A DNA stretch of 64,000 nucleotides, taken from positions 96,001-160,000 of the forward strand of contig CBDCUI010000007.1 of NCBI GenBank assembly GCA_965222615.1, read 5' to 3'. This stretch comes from Gammaproteobacteria bacterium. GTDB taxonomy: Bacteria; Pseudomonadota; Gammaproteobacteria; UBA4575. The notes beneath the pieces were generated by a model, which was not told the DNA's origin, ran no database searches, and saw nothing but the letters and a program-made list of their open reading frames with translations. Positions 28,927 to 38,995 of this stretch are shown in pieces; the first letter of the stretch is position 1, and every line of letters begins with the position of its first letter. The translations under genes were made by a program, and so were the position numbers.

Positions 28927-29400
28927 ATGGCCATCAAACGTAAAGCTACCACCAAAAGGAAAGCTAAACGTCGCACTACTAAGCGTAAGGCGACAAGACG
29001 TAAATCTACGGCTAAACGCAGAACGGCTAAGCGTAAAACAGCGAAGCGTAAGACCAAACGCAAAACCAAGCGTAAAGTTAAGCGTAAGACCAAGCGTAAA
29101 GCTAAGCGCAAAACCAAGCGTAAGACCAAACGCAAGACGAAGCGTAAAGCGAAGCGTAAGACCAAGCGCAAAACTAAGCGTAAAGCGAAGCGTAAGACCA
29201 AGCGTAAAGCGAAGCGTAAGACCAAGCGCAAAACTAAGCGTAAAGCGAAGCGTAAGACCAAACGCAAAACCAAGCGTAAAGCGAAGCGCAAGACCAAACG
29301 CAAAACCAAGCGTAAAGCGAAGCGCAAGACAACCAAGCGCAAAGCGAAGCGTAAGACGAAGCGTCGTACAACGAAGCGTAAAGCTAAACGTCGTAGATAG
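28927..29400 (+). CDS. Protamine/histone H1-like very basic protein built of (T/A)KRK repeats, 157 aa
   Basis: GGAGG RBS before ATG 28927; synonymous variation among repeats preserves this frame; terminator follows. Confidence 0.85.
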   Translation: MAIKRKATTKRKAKRRTTKRKATRRKSTAKRRTAKRKTAKRKTKRKTKRKVKRKTKRKAKRKTKRKTKRKTKRKAKRKTKRKTKRKAKRKTKRKAKRKTKRKTKRKAKRKTKRKTKRKAKRKTKRKTKRKAKRKTTKRKAKRKTKRRTTKRKAKRRR

Positions 29401-29422
29401 CGTTAGGATTAAACATCCGCTC

Positions 29423-29453
29423 AAAAAAGGGCTCTTTTTAGAGCCCTTTTTTT
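29423..29453. terminator. Bidirectional intrinsic terminator
   Basis: AAAAAA-GGGCTCT-TTTT-AGAGCCC-TTTTTTT between convergent genes. Confidence 0.9.
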
Positions 29454-29477
29454 ATGCTATTTGAGGCATAAAATCAC

Positions 29478-31016
29478 TCAACCAAGGAAAAGTTTGTAGG
29501 CAGGATTCAAGGATTCTTCCCAATATCGATAACCTAGTTCTGCAAGAAATTGATCAAAGCGTTTGCGATCTACATCCGGTACTTGTATACCCACTAACAC
29601 TCGCCCATACGCTGCACCATGATTGCGATAGTGAAATAAGCTGATATTCCATTCATGCCCGATTGTTCTTAGAAATTTGAGCAATGCCCCCGGACGTTCA
29701 GGAAATTCAAATCTGAATAAAATTTCATCTTGTAATTGTGGACAACGACCACCTACCATATGGCGCAAATGCAAAATTGCCATCTCATTTTCTGAGATAT
29801 CTAGTGTCTGGTAACCTGATTTTTCTAAGCTTTCGAACAACTCATCTTTTTCAGCGTCCGCATCGCCCACGTTTACACCTACAAATATATGTGCAGTTCT
29901 AGCATCTGCATATCGATAGTTAAATTCAGTAATCCCTCTTGGTCCCAGCAAACTGCAAAACTCTAAAAAACTCCCAGGCCTTTCAGGTATCGTAACTGCA
30001 AATAGACACTCTCGTCGCTCACCTAGTTCAGCCCGTTCAGCTACATGACGCAAGCGATCAAAATTAATATTGGCTCCACTATTAATCGCCACCAAAGTTT
30101 TATCTTCGAGCTGATTGTTTTCAATATATTGTTTAATTCCGGCATAAGCGAGTGCTCCAGCAGGCTCGGACAAAGTACGTGTTTCGTCAAAGATATCTTT
30201 GATCGCAGCACATATTTCATCGGTGGAAACCAATAACACCTCATCGATAAGATCCTTAGCAATTGCAAAAGTCTTTTCACCAACTTGTCGCACGGCTACA
30301 CCATCCGCAAAAATGCCCACTTCATCCAACTGCACTCTTTGATTGGCCTGCAACGCTGCATGCATCGTTGGGGCATCTTGTGGTTCAACCCCAATTACCT
30401 TAATCTCGGGACGATAGTGCTTGAGGTAAACTGCCATACCGGCAACCAGTCCACCACCGCCAATTGGAATGAATATTGCGTCAATTTTGCCTGGATGCTG
30501 ACGTAGAATCTCCAATGCAATAGTGCCTTGTCCTACGATAGTATCTTCATCATCATAAGGATGCACATAGGTGTATCCTTGCTGTTGCGCTAGTTCTTGT
30601 GAATGTGTAAAGGCCTCATCGTAAGTATCCCCAAATAATACAGCTGTCGCACCTAAAGCCTTCACAGATTCTATTTTGATACTTGGCGTCGTACGTGGCA
30701 TCACAATGGTAGCCTTGATACCAAGTTTACTCCCGGCAAGGGCTACACCTTGTGCATGATTACCAGCAGAAGCGGCAACTACTCCCCGCTTACGCTCTGT
30801 CTCGGACAAGTGTGCAATTTTGTTATAAGCCCCTCTCAACTTGAAGGAGAATACACATTGTTGGTCCTCTCGTTTCAAAAATATTCGATTAGATAAACGT
30901 TTGGACAAAGTTTGCGCAAAATCAAGCGGTGATTCTTCAGCAACTTCATATACTTTGCTATTTTCTATTCTTTTTATTAGTTCTTGATTCACAATATTTA
31001 AGCTCGCATATTCCAC
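29478..31016 (-). CDS. ilvA: Biosynthetic threonine ammonia-lyase
   Basis: SFKLRGA PLP lysine, SAGNHAQG, two C-terminal ACT-like domains. Confidence 0.97.
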   Translation of the reverse strand: MEYASLNIVNQELIKRIENSKVYEVAEESPLDFAQTLSKRLSNRIFLKREDQQCVFSFKLRGAYNKIAHLSETERKRGVVAASAGNHAQGVALAGSKLGIKATIVMPRTTPSIKIESVKALGATAVLFGDTYDEAFTHSQELAQQQGYTYVHPYDDEDTIVGQGTIALEILRQHPGKIDAIFIPIGGGGLVAGMAVYLKHYRPEIKVIGVEPQDAPTMHAALQANQRVQLDEVGIFADGVAVRQVGEKTFAIAKDLIDEVLLVSTDEICAAIKDIFDETRTLSEPAGALAYAGIKQYIENNQLEDKTLVAINSGANINFDRLRHVAERAELGERRECLFAVTIPERPGSFLEFCSLLGPRGITEFNYRYADARTAHIFVGVNVGDADAEKDELFESLEKSGYQTLDISENEMAILHLRHMVGGRCPQLQDEILFRFEFPERPGALLKFLRTIGHEWNISLFHYRNHGAAYGRVLVGIQVPDVDRKRFDQFLAELGYRYWEESLNPAYKLFLG

Positions 31017-31080
31017 AATACCATCTCTATATATTGGTACACTGTGGGCATAATTTAAGTAATACGGGTCTATTCATACA

Positions 31081-31734
31081 ATGTCTACAGAAAAAAAGAA
31101 ACAAATAGCTGCCGATGCGGCCTTGGATTATATAGAAATTGGCGATGTTGTCGGGGTTGGAACTGGATCTACTGCAAATTATTTCATCGATGCCCTAGCC
31201 ACTATTAAGGGAAAAATTGATGGCGCTGTCGCCAGCTCAGAAGCAACAGCACAAAATTTGAAACAACAAGGCATTCAAGTCTTAGACTTAAATGCGGTAT
31301 CCATTCTACCCGTCTATGTGGATGGCGCCGATGAAGCCACACAGCATAAACATTTAATCAAAGGCGGAGGTGGTGCATTAACACGTGAGAAGATCGTCGC
31401 TGCAGTAAGTGAGAAATTTGTCTGCATTGCAGACGATTCTAAGCTAGTGGATGTATTAGGTACATTTCCCTTACCTATAGAAGTCATTCCTGTGGCAAGA
31501 AGCTATGTGGCAAGACAGTTGGTCAAATTGGGAGGCGTTCCTGAGTTACGCGAAAATTTCACTACCGATAACGGTAATCTCATTTTAGATGTGCATAACT
31601 TTGAAATCCTCAACGCAGTAGCAATGGAACGCGATTTAAATAATATTGCAGGTGTTGTGACTGTGGGAATATTTGCCCTACGACCTGCTGACGTGCTCAT
31701 TCTTGGAAAAGAAGATGGTGCCAAAATAAGTTAA
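31081..31734 (+). CDS. rpiA: Ribose-5-phosphate isomerase A
   Basis: [24 protein letters not shown]. Confidence 0.97.
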   Translation: MSTEKKKQIAADAALDYIEIGDVVGVGTGSTANYFIDALATIKGKIDGAVASSEATAQNLKQQGIQVLDLNAVSILPVYVDGADEATQHKHLIKGGGGALTREKIVAAVSEKFVCIADDSKLVDVLGTFPLPIEVIPVARSYVARQLVKLGGVPELRENFTTDNGNLILDVHNFEILNAVAMERDLNNIAGVVTVGIFALRPADVLILGKEDGAKIS

Positions 31735-31746
31735 ACAATTCTGTAT

Positions 31747-32514
31747 ATGCCTCAAAATCAAGAATCGACAAAAAACTTTCGCAATCGCCTTATTGATGGC
31801 GAGCTGCTGTTAAGTACACTTGTTTCTTTGCCAAGTGCAGAGGTAGTCGAACTTTTATCCAAACTTGGATTTGATTGGTTATTCATCGATGGTGAACATG
31901 GCCCATTTGAAACACTACAGATGCAAGCTATGTTACAAGCCGCGTCTACACAATGTGCATGCATTATTCGCGTGCCTAGTCATGATGCGGTTTCTATCAA
32001 AAAGGCACTAGATATCGGGGCAGTTGGTATCATTGTTCCACAAATCAAAACTGCAGCTGAAGCAAGACTAGCTGTTCAATCCGCTAAGTATCCCCCTATT
32101 GGTGCTCGTGGAGTTGGCTTAGCGCGTGCACATGAGTATGGAATTTCATTTAGTGAGTATTTAACTACTGCAGATCAACAAATCTGTGTGATCATTCAAG
32201 CAGAAACCCAAGAAGCTATAGATAATATTGAAGAAATTGCCGCTATCGAGGGTGTAGATGCAATTTTAATTGGCCCCTATGACCTGTCTGCAAATCTCGG
32301 TCACAGTGGCGAAGTAGAGCACCCAGAAGTAATCAATGCAATCGAAAAAGTAGTTCAAGCTTGTCAGAAAGAGAATGTGAAGCTTGGATATTTTGGTGTA
32401 AATGTTGAAGCGGTACGCCCGTATATTGATAAAGGCTTCACACTTATTACCGTGGGAGTAGATAGTTTACTAATACTAAACAGTGCTCAACAGATGCTCA
32501 CAGAGTTACGCTGA
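31747..32514 (+). CDS. HpcH/HpaI family aldolase
   Basis: DGEHGP, KYPPIGARG, IGPYDLS. Confidence 0.9.
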   Translation: MPQNQESTKNFRNRLIDGELLLSTLVSLPSAEVVELLSKLGFDWLFIDGEHGPFETLQMQAMLQAASTQCACIIRVPSHDAVSIKKALDIGAVGIIVPQIKTAAEARLAVQSAKYPPIGARGVGLARAHEYGISFSEYLTTADQQICVIIQAETQEAIDNIEEIAAIEGVDAILIGPYDLSANLGHSGEVEHPEVINAIEKVVQACQKENVKLGYFGVNVEAVRPYIDKGFTLITVGVDSLLILNSAQQMLTELR

Positions 32515-32534
32515 GACTGCTTTATTTACCCTAA

Positions 32535-32915
32535 ATGCGCAAAATCGTTATTCAAGTTGGTGAATGTATAATACACGCGAAATTACGCAATACAGCAACT
32601 GCTGATGCAATTTATGCACAATTACCATTTCAATCTTCTGCACAAACATGGGGGGACGAAGTTTATTTTGCTACACCAGTGAATTCAATTCGACTAGAGG
32701 ATGACGCAAAAAATGTCGTTGAACTTGGTGAACTTGCCTTTTGGGTTGAAGGAAACTGTATCGCAATTGGCTTTGGGCCTACCCCGATTTCACACAATGA
32801 TGAAATCCGCTTAGCTGCTAAAACCAATATTTGGGCCGATACAAAAGATGACTTAAGCATATTGAAAAAAGTGATACCAGGTGATCCGATTAACCTCTCA
32901 GCAGTGGAAGATTAA
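32535..32915 (+). CDS. Cyclophilin-like fold protein
   Basis: TWGDEVYF, GELAFW, IGFGPTP. Confidence 0.8.
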   Translation: MRKIVIQVGECIIHAKLRNTATADAIYAQLPFQSSAQTWGDEVYFATPVNSIRLEDDAKNVVELGELAFWVEGNCIAIGFGPTPISHNDEIRLAAKTNIWADTKDDLSILKKVIPGDPINLSAVED

Positions 32916-32929
32916 AATAAGATCTAATT

Positions 32930-33289
32930 TTACGAAGCAACAGCTTGTCTCAAGCCAAGTAACTTAAACAACACTACACCAACAATTATTCCAACCAGAT
33001 CAGCAGTAAAATCAATCAAACTGAAAATACGATAAGGTAAAAAGTACTGCACTACTTCAATTACCAATCCAAACGTCGCTAGCATCAACATTGTCATAAA
33101 ATACGGTTTTTTTAATTTGTAAGCTGACAGCAATAAAAAAGTAATTACAGAAAAAGCAACAACGTGGGCGAACTTATCAAAATCAGATAATTGTGCAGAG
33201 GCGCCTGGTATTAGAGATACGAACAATATAACTATTACACACAGCCAAAATAATATTTTAGCAACAGAGGATTTAATCACTTTAAGCAA
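32930..33289 (-). CDS. VanZ family membrane protein
   Basis: DKFAH, IEVVQYFLPYR..S..D motif. Confidence 0.85.
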   Translation of the reverse strand: MLKVIKSSVAKILFWLCVIVILFVSLIPGASAQLSDFDKFAHVVAFSVITFLLLSAYKLKKPYFMTMLMLATFGLVIEVVQYFLPYRIFSLIDFTADLVGIIVGVVLFKLLGLRQAVAS

Positions 33290-33520
33290 TCAATAATTAC
33301 TAGCCTATTTAGCATGCGTGATGTTGTTTCGATAAACAAGTAGTATTTATCAAAAGGCTCTCATAAAGATTAATCATGCGCAATGCCACCTTCTTAGACT
33401 ACCTCGATTTAGCGTATTTTCAGGCAACTAGTATATTGACTAATATCTAAACATAATCTATATGAATATAAATTTATGTCACAAAATACACTGCGTGTTT
33501 TATTGGTAAAATTTTAAACA

Positions 33521-34702
33521 TTGATGCCAAAGACAAATAAGAATTTTATATTTAGTTGCTTATTCATCCTATTAGTTTCAATAACTTTTTTCTTTACACT
33601 TGCTCCAAGCTATGTCGAAAAATCTCGAAACAAAATTGTGCATACAAATCATCCACATATTCCAGCAAACACAAAAACTTTTCATAACACACTAACAATT
33701 TCAGACCTGCATGCAGATTCACTGCTTTGGAATCGCGATTTAACAAAAAAATCGGACTATGCCCATGTGGATATACCACGTCTAATAAATGGGAACATTG
33801 CGTTACAAGTATTTTCTGTTGTCACCAAGACACCTAAAGGACTAAATCTCATCTCTAATTCAGATAAAACAGATAACATTACGTTGCTAGCAATGACACA
33901 ATTGTGGCCATCAAAAACTTGGAATAGTCTATTTGAACGAGCTAAGTATCAGGCAGAAAAACTACACCACGCCTCGAAGCGCAAACCTGATGAATTTTTC
34001 TTGATTCGCTCAAAACAAGATTTACAGAAGTATTTAAAACACCGCCAAACAAATAAAAAAATAACTGCTGGTATTTTGAGCTTAGAAGGCGCACATGCTT
34101 TAGAAGGAGACATAGACAATGTAGATCGTTTATTTGCATTGGGTTACCGCATTATTGGATTTACACACTTTTTTGATAATCAAGTGGGTGGTTCAGCCCA
34201 TGGTATAGACAAATATGGAATAACTTCTTTTGGAGAAGAAGTTCTATGGCGCATGGACAAACTTGGCATGTTTATCGACTTGTCGCATGCTTCTCCGACG
34301 TTAATAGACGACATCCTCGCACGTAGCTCGCGTCCTCTATTAGCAACCCATACTGGAATACAAGCAGTTTGCCAAACATCGCATCGAAATCTATCCGATA
34401 AACATATAAAACAAGTAGCAAAATCTGGTGGCTTAATCGGAATTGGTTTTTGGCCTGCCGCAACTTGCACAAATGATATCAGTGGTATTGTTAAATCTAT
34501 TCAATATGTGGTGAATTTAGTTGGTGAAGATTACGTTGCACTAGGCTCAGACTTTGACGGTAATGTACAGGTACCGTTTGCTTCTGACGAAATGTCCATA
34601 CTCACCCATGCACTCACAGAAGCAAAATTCACAAAAACTCAGATAGGGAAAATAATGGGCGGGAATATCGTGCGCGTCTTTTTACAAAACTTACCTAACT
34701 AA
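33521..34702 (+). CDS. Membrane dipeptidase (peptidase M19)
   Basis: DLHAD, LEGAH, DLSHAS, LGSDFDG. Confidence 0.9.
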   Translation: MMPKTNKNFIFSCLFILLVSITFFFTLAPSYVEKSRNKIVHTNHPHIPANTKTFHNTLTISDLHADSLLWNRDLTKKSDYAHVDIPRLINGNIALQVFSVVTKTPKGLNLISNSDKTDNITLLAMTQLWPSKTWNSLFERAKYQAEKLHHASKRKPDEFFLIRSKQDLQKYLKHRQTNKKITAGILSLEGAHALEGDIDNVDRLFALGYRIIGFTHFFDNQVGGSAHGIDKYGITSFGEEVLWRMDKLGMFIDLSHASPTLIDDILARSSRPLLATHTGIQAVCQTSHRNLSDKHIKQVAKSGGLIGIGFWPAATCTNDISGIVKSIQYVVNLVGEDYVALGSDFDGNVQVPFASDEMSILTHALTEAKFTKTQIGKIMGGNIVRVFLQNLPN

Positions 34703-34705
34703 TTT

Positions 34706-35464
34706 TTACAATTGACGCAATGGCTTTAAAGTTCTATGGCGAATACTAAATGCTATTTTTTTCGTCCAAATACTCAAATACATTCTTTTGAATAAACGAA
34801 CTCTCTCCCAGAGCGTTTGTGGTGGCCGTTTCGCATTCCTTGGAACATACCAACAATTTTGACGTGTACGTTTAACCAAATGATAACCGTTTTTCTTTAA
34901 AAATCGATGCTTGGTTAAATAAAGATGCTTATCTTCCAATAAAATTAAATTTGGCTTATATTTTTTCAAATCTGTTCCTAATAACACTTCTAATTCTGCT
35001 CCCTCGACGTCTATAGATAGTAGATCAATCGTTTTTGTTTGTGCTTCTTCTAAGATTGAATTAAGCGTGCATGCTTGCACAACGATCTCTTTATGCCGTT
35101 GAAAATCCCCATCATCAATATTCCTGCCAATGGCTGAACGAGCAAATAATTCTTGTTCATTATTTTGAGCATAGGGTATATACAAAGTCATAGACTGCGG
35201 CGCATCTGGATTTACGCACACGCATTCAAATACCTCAGCGTTAGCCCTTGTCTCTCTACATTTTTTTGCTAATTCAGGAATAGGTTCTACCAAAATACCA
35301 TGCCAATTTAGCGTATTTTCTAAATGCCAAGTTTGCGAACCGTGATCGGTAGGGTCATTAGCACCTACTTCGACAAAGTACCCGTTTTTTTTATTATTGA
35401 AATATTCTTGAATTAATTTATTTTCAGCATAGGAACGAGCTTGTTTATCACGAAACTTTGCCAT
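34706..35464 (-). CDS. FkbM family methyltransferase
   Basis: FVEVGAND, GILVEP, SIDVEGAELEVL. Confidence 0.9.
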   Translation of the reverse strand: MAKFRDKQARSYAENKLIQEYFNNKKNGYFVEVGANDPTDHGSQTWHLENTLNWHGILVEPIPELAKKCRETRANAEVFECVCVNPDAPQSMTLYIPYAQNNEQELFARSAIGRNIDDGDFQRHKEIVVQACTLNSILEEAQTKTIDLLSIDVEGAELEVLLGTDLKKYKPNLILLEDKHLYLTKHRFLKKNGYHLVKRTRQNCWYVPRNAKRPPQTLWERVRLFKRMYLSIWTKKIAFSIRHRTLKPLRQL

Positions 35465-35542
35465 GAATATATTTATCTGAATTATTGATACACTAGTAGT
35501 TGCTCAACACTAAACATTATGAGCCAAGGAAGATCTGATTTA

Positions 35543-35944
35543 TCAATTCTTGATAGCTGAAGTTGGAGTATAATTCTTTTCCCTATAGCGCCTGTATACC
35601 ATCTCAGTGGCAATATCAGAAATCAGTTTTTTTGGTTGCTGCCTGCAGCGTTTAATTATTAAATCCGTAAGAATATAAACGTCTTCACCCCAAGTAATAT
35701 CATACACATCATCAGAGGTGAAATTGACACCAGACACAAAACCTGAAAGCCATACAGCACCTAATTCTTTATAGGCAGCATCATTATCGATCTTAACTAC
35801 GAATTCACTACAAGGCATATTCCCCAAACCAACTGCTTCCCAAAAACCTCCACCATATACCTCAGCAAAAGCATAAGACGATTTAAAAACACATAGTAAA
35901 AATATAAATACCAATGTAATTTTTTTTAGTTTAGTCATATTCAC
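35543..35944 (-). CDS. Hypothetical exported two-cysteine protein
   Basis: Signal peptide; C...WLSGFVSG...C pattern. Confidence 0.6.
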   Translation of the reverse strand: MNMTKLKKITLVFIFLLCVFKSSYAFAEVYGGGFWEAVGLGNMPCSEFVVKIDNDAAYKELGAVWLSGFVSGVNFTSDDVYDITWGEDVYILTDLIIKRCRQQPKKLISDIATEMVYRRYREKNYTPTSAIKN

Positions 35945-35947
35945 ATT

Positions 35948-36220
35948 TTAAAAATTACACCAAAATGGTGCATCTTCTTTTTTACATTCCTCTTCGGATT
36001 GATTTAATACCCCATCACGATATGCAAGTATTTTATTAAATACAGGCTCGCCAAATAAAGATAGTAGAATAATGATTGCCTCTATACTTAAAATCGAATA
36101 CAAAATATTTTTGTATTTCTTGTCTCGCAGGATCCCAAGCTTAATATAGTGAAATATTATTAATATAACTGTCAAAACAGTTAGTATTACGATTATCCAA
36201 AGAAATAAATTTGCTGCCAT
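35948..36220 (-). CDS. Hypothetical small membrane protein
   Basis: Two hydrophobic segments; tightly packed in the operon. Confidence 0.55.
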   Translation of the reverse strand: MAANLFLWIIVILTVLTVILIIFHYIKLGILRDKKYKNILYSILSIEAIIILLSLFGEPVFNKILAYRDGVLNQSEEECKKEDAPFWCNF

Positions 36221-36235
36221 ATTACGTATTTATCT

Positions 36236-36826
36236 TTAGAGATTACATTTCATTAAAAAATTCGCACAAAGATTTCTAGTTGTAAAAAATGGGTGGCCTG
36301 CCAAATCCATTCTTTTCTCTTTAATAAAGCCGCAAGACTCATACAAATTAATTGCAGTTACATTGTTTTCATATACATGCAAGCTTAAACGCTGAATGCC
36401 ATTTTTCAATGCCCTTTGTGAGGCACAGTTGAGTAATTTTGTTGCGATACCATGACGCCGATACTCTTTAGCTACTCCTAGTGTATTGATATACCAACTA
36501 TTTTTAACTTGATTGTCAGAAAAATAACGCATCCACTCGATACGATCTTTACTAAAATAACTCTGCATTTCTGGAGTAAGAGCATTCGCATCTGCAGTAT
36601 AAGAAAATACTAAGCCCACAACGCGTTTGCCATCTAGAGCGAAATCAACATTTTTATAAGAATAATACTCATCCTCCTGCAACACTTTGGTTAATTGTTG
36701 TAATGCAGTCCGGCTTGCTACTAAACCATCAAATAAGTACTCAATATGACCATGGCCAATATCATTAATCCAGTCAGCAATTTGGCTACAATCTTTTTGC
36801 TGCGCTGGCAAGTACTTAATGTTCAC
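36236..36826 (-). CDS. GNAT family acetyltransferase
   Basis: LGVAKEYRRHGIATKLL, N..AINLYESCGF. Confidence 0.88.
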   Translation of the reverse strand: MNIKYLPAQQKDCSQIADWINDIGHGHIEYLFDGLVASRTALQQLTKVLQEDEYYSYKNVDFALDGKRVVGLVFSYTADANALTPEMQSYFSKDRIEWMRYFSDNQVKNSWYINTLGVAKEYRRHGIATKLLNCASQRALKNGIQRLSLHVYENNVTAINLYESCGFIKEKRMDLAGHPFFTTRNLCANFLMKCNL

Positions 36827-36915
36827 AGCAAAGGAACTTTTACAATACTAACAATGAAATGCTCCAAGCATCGCTGCTTGATGAAGATAAATTCGACCTG
36901 TAACAGATTAATAAA

Positions 36916-37302
36916 TTAGCCTGCCTGGACTTTAGAATTGGTTAGTGAGTAGTTAAGCTTTAATACATGAAACCCTGCTTCATTTTTTGGCCAACTACCA
37001 ACAAATACATGCCCATTTAAACTCACGATTTTGCCATTTTCTGATTGCAGTAGAAATTCTGCGCCGGCAGGTACATGGGGGTGATCAGCGTAAACATTTG
37101 CTTGGTTGTAATCAAAATCATCGCTTAAGGCTGGCACGTAGTCTGGTAGTGAGAAGGTAGTCTTAAAACCTACCTCGGTGTATTTGCGGGATAAAACTTC
37201 CAACATCGCAATTTGCACGCGTAGGCGTTTTGAATCTACATCATCGATAGAGGCAAATTGACCTAAGACCTTTTTTTCTAATTTTGTTAGTGGGTCTGGC
37301 AT
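36916..37302 (-). CDS. Hypothetical protein
   Basis: 128-aa ORF; no function recognised. Confidence 0.55.
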   Translation of the reverse strand: MPDPLTKLEKKVLGQFASIDDVDSKRLRVQIAMLEVLSRKYTEVGFKTTFSLPDYVPALSDDFDYNQANVYADHPHVPAGAEFLLQSENGKIVSLNGHVFVGSWPKNEAGFHVLKLNYSLTNSKVQAG

Positions 37303-37447
37303 AGTCCATAACTATGAAACAACATCACACGATTTTAAACATAGCAAGTTTGACACTAAAATCATAACCATAAGTTATGTTTTGTAGACCACAACACAAA
37401 TTATTAGCTTGCGCCTATGGTTTACACAACCACAAAAAAGAAAAGGT

Positions 37448-37840
37448 TTAGCGTTTAGAGTATTGCTCTTTCTTACGTGCTTTTCGTAGACCCACTTTTT
37501 TGCGTTCTACTTCGCGCGCATCTCGTGTAAGAAAGCCATTTTGACGTAGTGGTAAACGTAGTTCATCGTTGTATTGCAACAATGCCCTAGCGATACCAAG
37601 CTGAATAGCCCCAGCCTGACCATTTGAGCCCCCACCCTTGACCTTTATATCAATGTCAAATGAATTCTCTAATTCAGATACTTCCAGAGGTTGGCGAATA
37701 ATCATGCGCGAAGTTACGCGACCAAAATAGTGGTCTAGTGTGCGCATATTAATCGTAATATTGCCTGAACCGGGGCGTAAGTAGACACGTGCCGTAGAGC
37801 TTTTTCTACGTCCCGTCCCATAAAATTGTTCTTGTGCCAT
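37448..37840 (-). CDS. rpsI: 30S ribosomal protein S9
   Basis: [23 protein letters not shown]-terminus. Confidence 0.98.
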   Translation of the reverse strand: MAQEQFYGTGRRKSSTARVYLRPGSGNITINMRTLDHYFGRVTSRMIIRQPLEVSELENSFDIDIKVKGGGSNGQAGAIQLGIARALLQYNDELRLPLRQNGFLTRDAREVERKKVGLRKARKKEQYSKR

Positions 37841-37845
37841 ATTCT

Positions 37846-38274
37846 TTAAAGTTCCAATACTTGAGGTTGTTGAGCAGCATGCTTGTGTTCTGGTCCCCTA
37901 TATACCTTCAATTTGCGAAACATCGCTCTACCTAAGGGGTTTTTAGGTAACATACCACGTACCGCGGTTTCTAATACACGTTCAGGATGTTTACTCAGCA
38001 TCTCGCGCAAGCTAGTGGATTTCAAATTGCCAATATAGCCGGTATGGTGATGATAGATTTTACCATCTAACTTATTACCTGTGACTCGCACCTTTTCTGC
38101 ATTAATTACCACAATACAGTCGCCAGTATCGACATGGGGGGTATAGATTGGTTTATGCTTGCCTTTTAAACGAATAGCGATTTCACTAGCTAGACGACCC
38201 AAAGTTTTGTCTGTAGCATCAATAAGATACCAATCTCTTTGCACTTCTTTAGGTTTAGCACTTACGGTCGTCAT
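37846..38274 (-). CDS. rplM: 50S ribosomal protein L13 (start reassigned to ATG 38274)
   Basis: [26 protein letters not shown]. Confidence 0.98.
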   Translation of the reverse strand: MTTVSAKPKEVQRDWYLIDATDKTLGRLASEIAIRLKGKHKPIYTPHVDTGDCIVVINAEKVRVTGNKLDGKIYHHHTGYIGNLKSTSLREMLSKHPERVLETAVRGMLPKNPLGRAMFRKLKVYRGPEHKHAAQQPQVLEL

Positions 38275-38320
38275 AGTGATTAATTCAGCGTTTGTTTTTG
38301 CACACATCGAAAGGCGCGAA

Positions 38321-38349
38321 ATAGTATCGAACTAATCACATGCTTACAA
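38321..38349 (-). promoter_or_regulatory. Sigma70 promoter of rplM-rpsI
   Basis: TTGTAA-17 nt-TACTAT followed by GC-rich discriminator TTCGCGCC. Confidence 0.7.
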
Positions 38350-38369
38350 GGAATTCACGGCCTCAAGAT

Positions 38370-38460
38370 AAAAAAAAGCGCGAATTTTGCAATCCGCGCT
38401 CAATAAATTATCTACCAGAAGTAGATGGAGGAGTTCTGAAAGTAAAGAACTATCAGAATA
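38370..38460 (-). ncRNA. Candidate Hfq-type small RNA (~90 nt)
   Basis: TTGACA-17-GAGAAT promoter (38494-38466), two hairpins, CUCCUCC segment, AU-rich linker, GCAA-loop terminator with U8. Confidence 0.55.
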
Positions 38461-38570
38461 TTCTTATTCTCTAATATAATTGTATTATTGTCAACTAACA
38501 TTCTAGCTATCTTGCAAAAAAAAGTTGTTAAGTTGTGGATAAATGCCCTTAAATGGATAGACCCAAAGGC

Positions 38571-38882
38571 TCAGATCTTTAATCGTTCGACAATTTTACC
38601 GTTAATCAAGTGCTTGTCGATGATTTCATCTAAATCACTCTCATCTTTATAGGTGTACCAAACTCCATCTGGGTAGACCACTGCAATCGGCCCTTCATCA
38701 CAACGGTCTAAGCAACCAGAGCGATTGATGCGTACTTGACCTTGTCCCGCGATCCCCAATTCCTTGGTCTTATTTTTGGCATAGTCTCGCAGCTCGCTTG
38801 CCCCGTGGTCTTGGCAACAACTCTTATCTTCGCGTTCATTCACGCATATAAAAAGATGGCGTTTGTAATAAGACATAAACAC
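38571..38882 (-). CDS. Thioredoxin-like [2Fe-2S] ferredoxin
   Basis: FICVN..CC, GCLDRC, VVYPDGVWY. Confidence 0.9.
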   Translation of the reverse strand: MFMSYYKRHLFICVNEREDKSCCQDHGASELRDYAKNKTKELGIAGQGQVRINRSGCLDRCDEGPIAVVYPDGVWYTYKDESDLDEIIDKHLINGKIVERLKI

Positions 38883-38995
38883 TCACCTAGGGCAAACTAT
38901 CAAGTTCTGTTATTAAAATTTATTGTATCAAGGCTTTACAGCTGACCTATTTCCTAATTGGGCCATAGCCATTATATCGTGATATCTAAGAAGAG

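Noticed and set aside
28960-29390. Tandem repeats as a possible CRISPR array
   Set aside because: No unique spacers and no cas genes; this is a coding tetrapeptide repeat
28891-29424. Two long minus-strand ORFs (LRLV/FTLG repeats)
   Set aside because: Shadows of the 12-bp repeat; the RBS, terminator and synonymous variation all support the plus-strand basic protein
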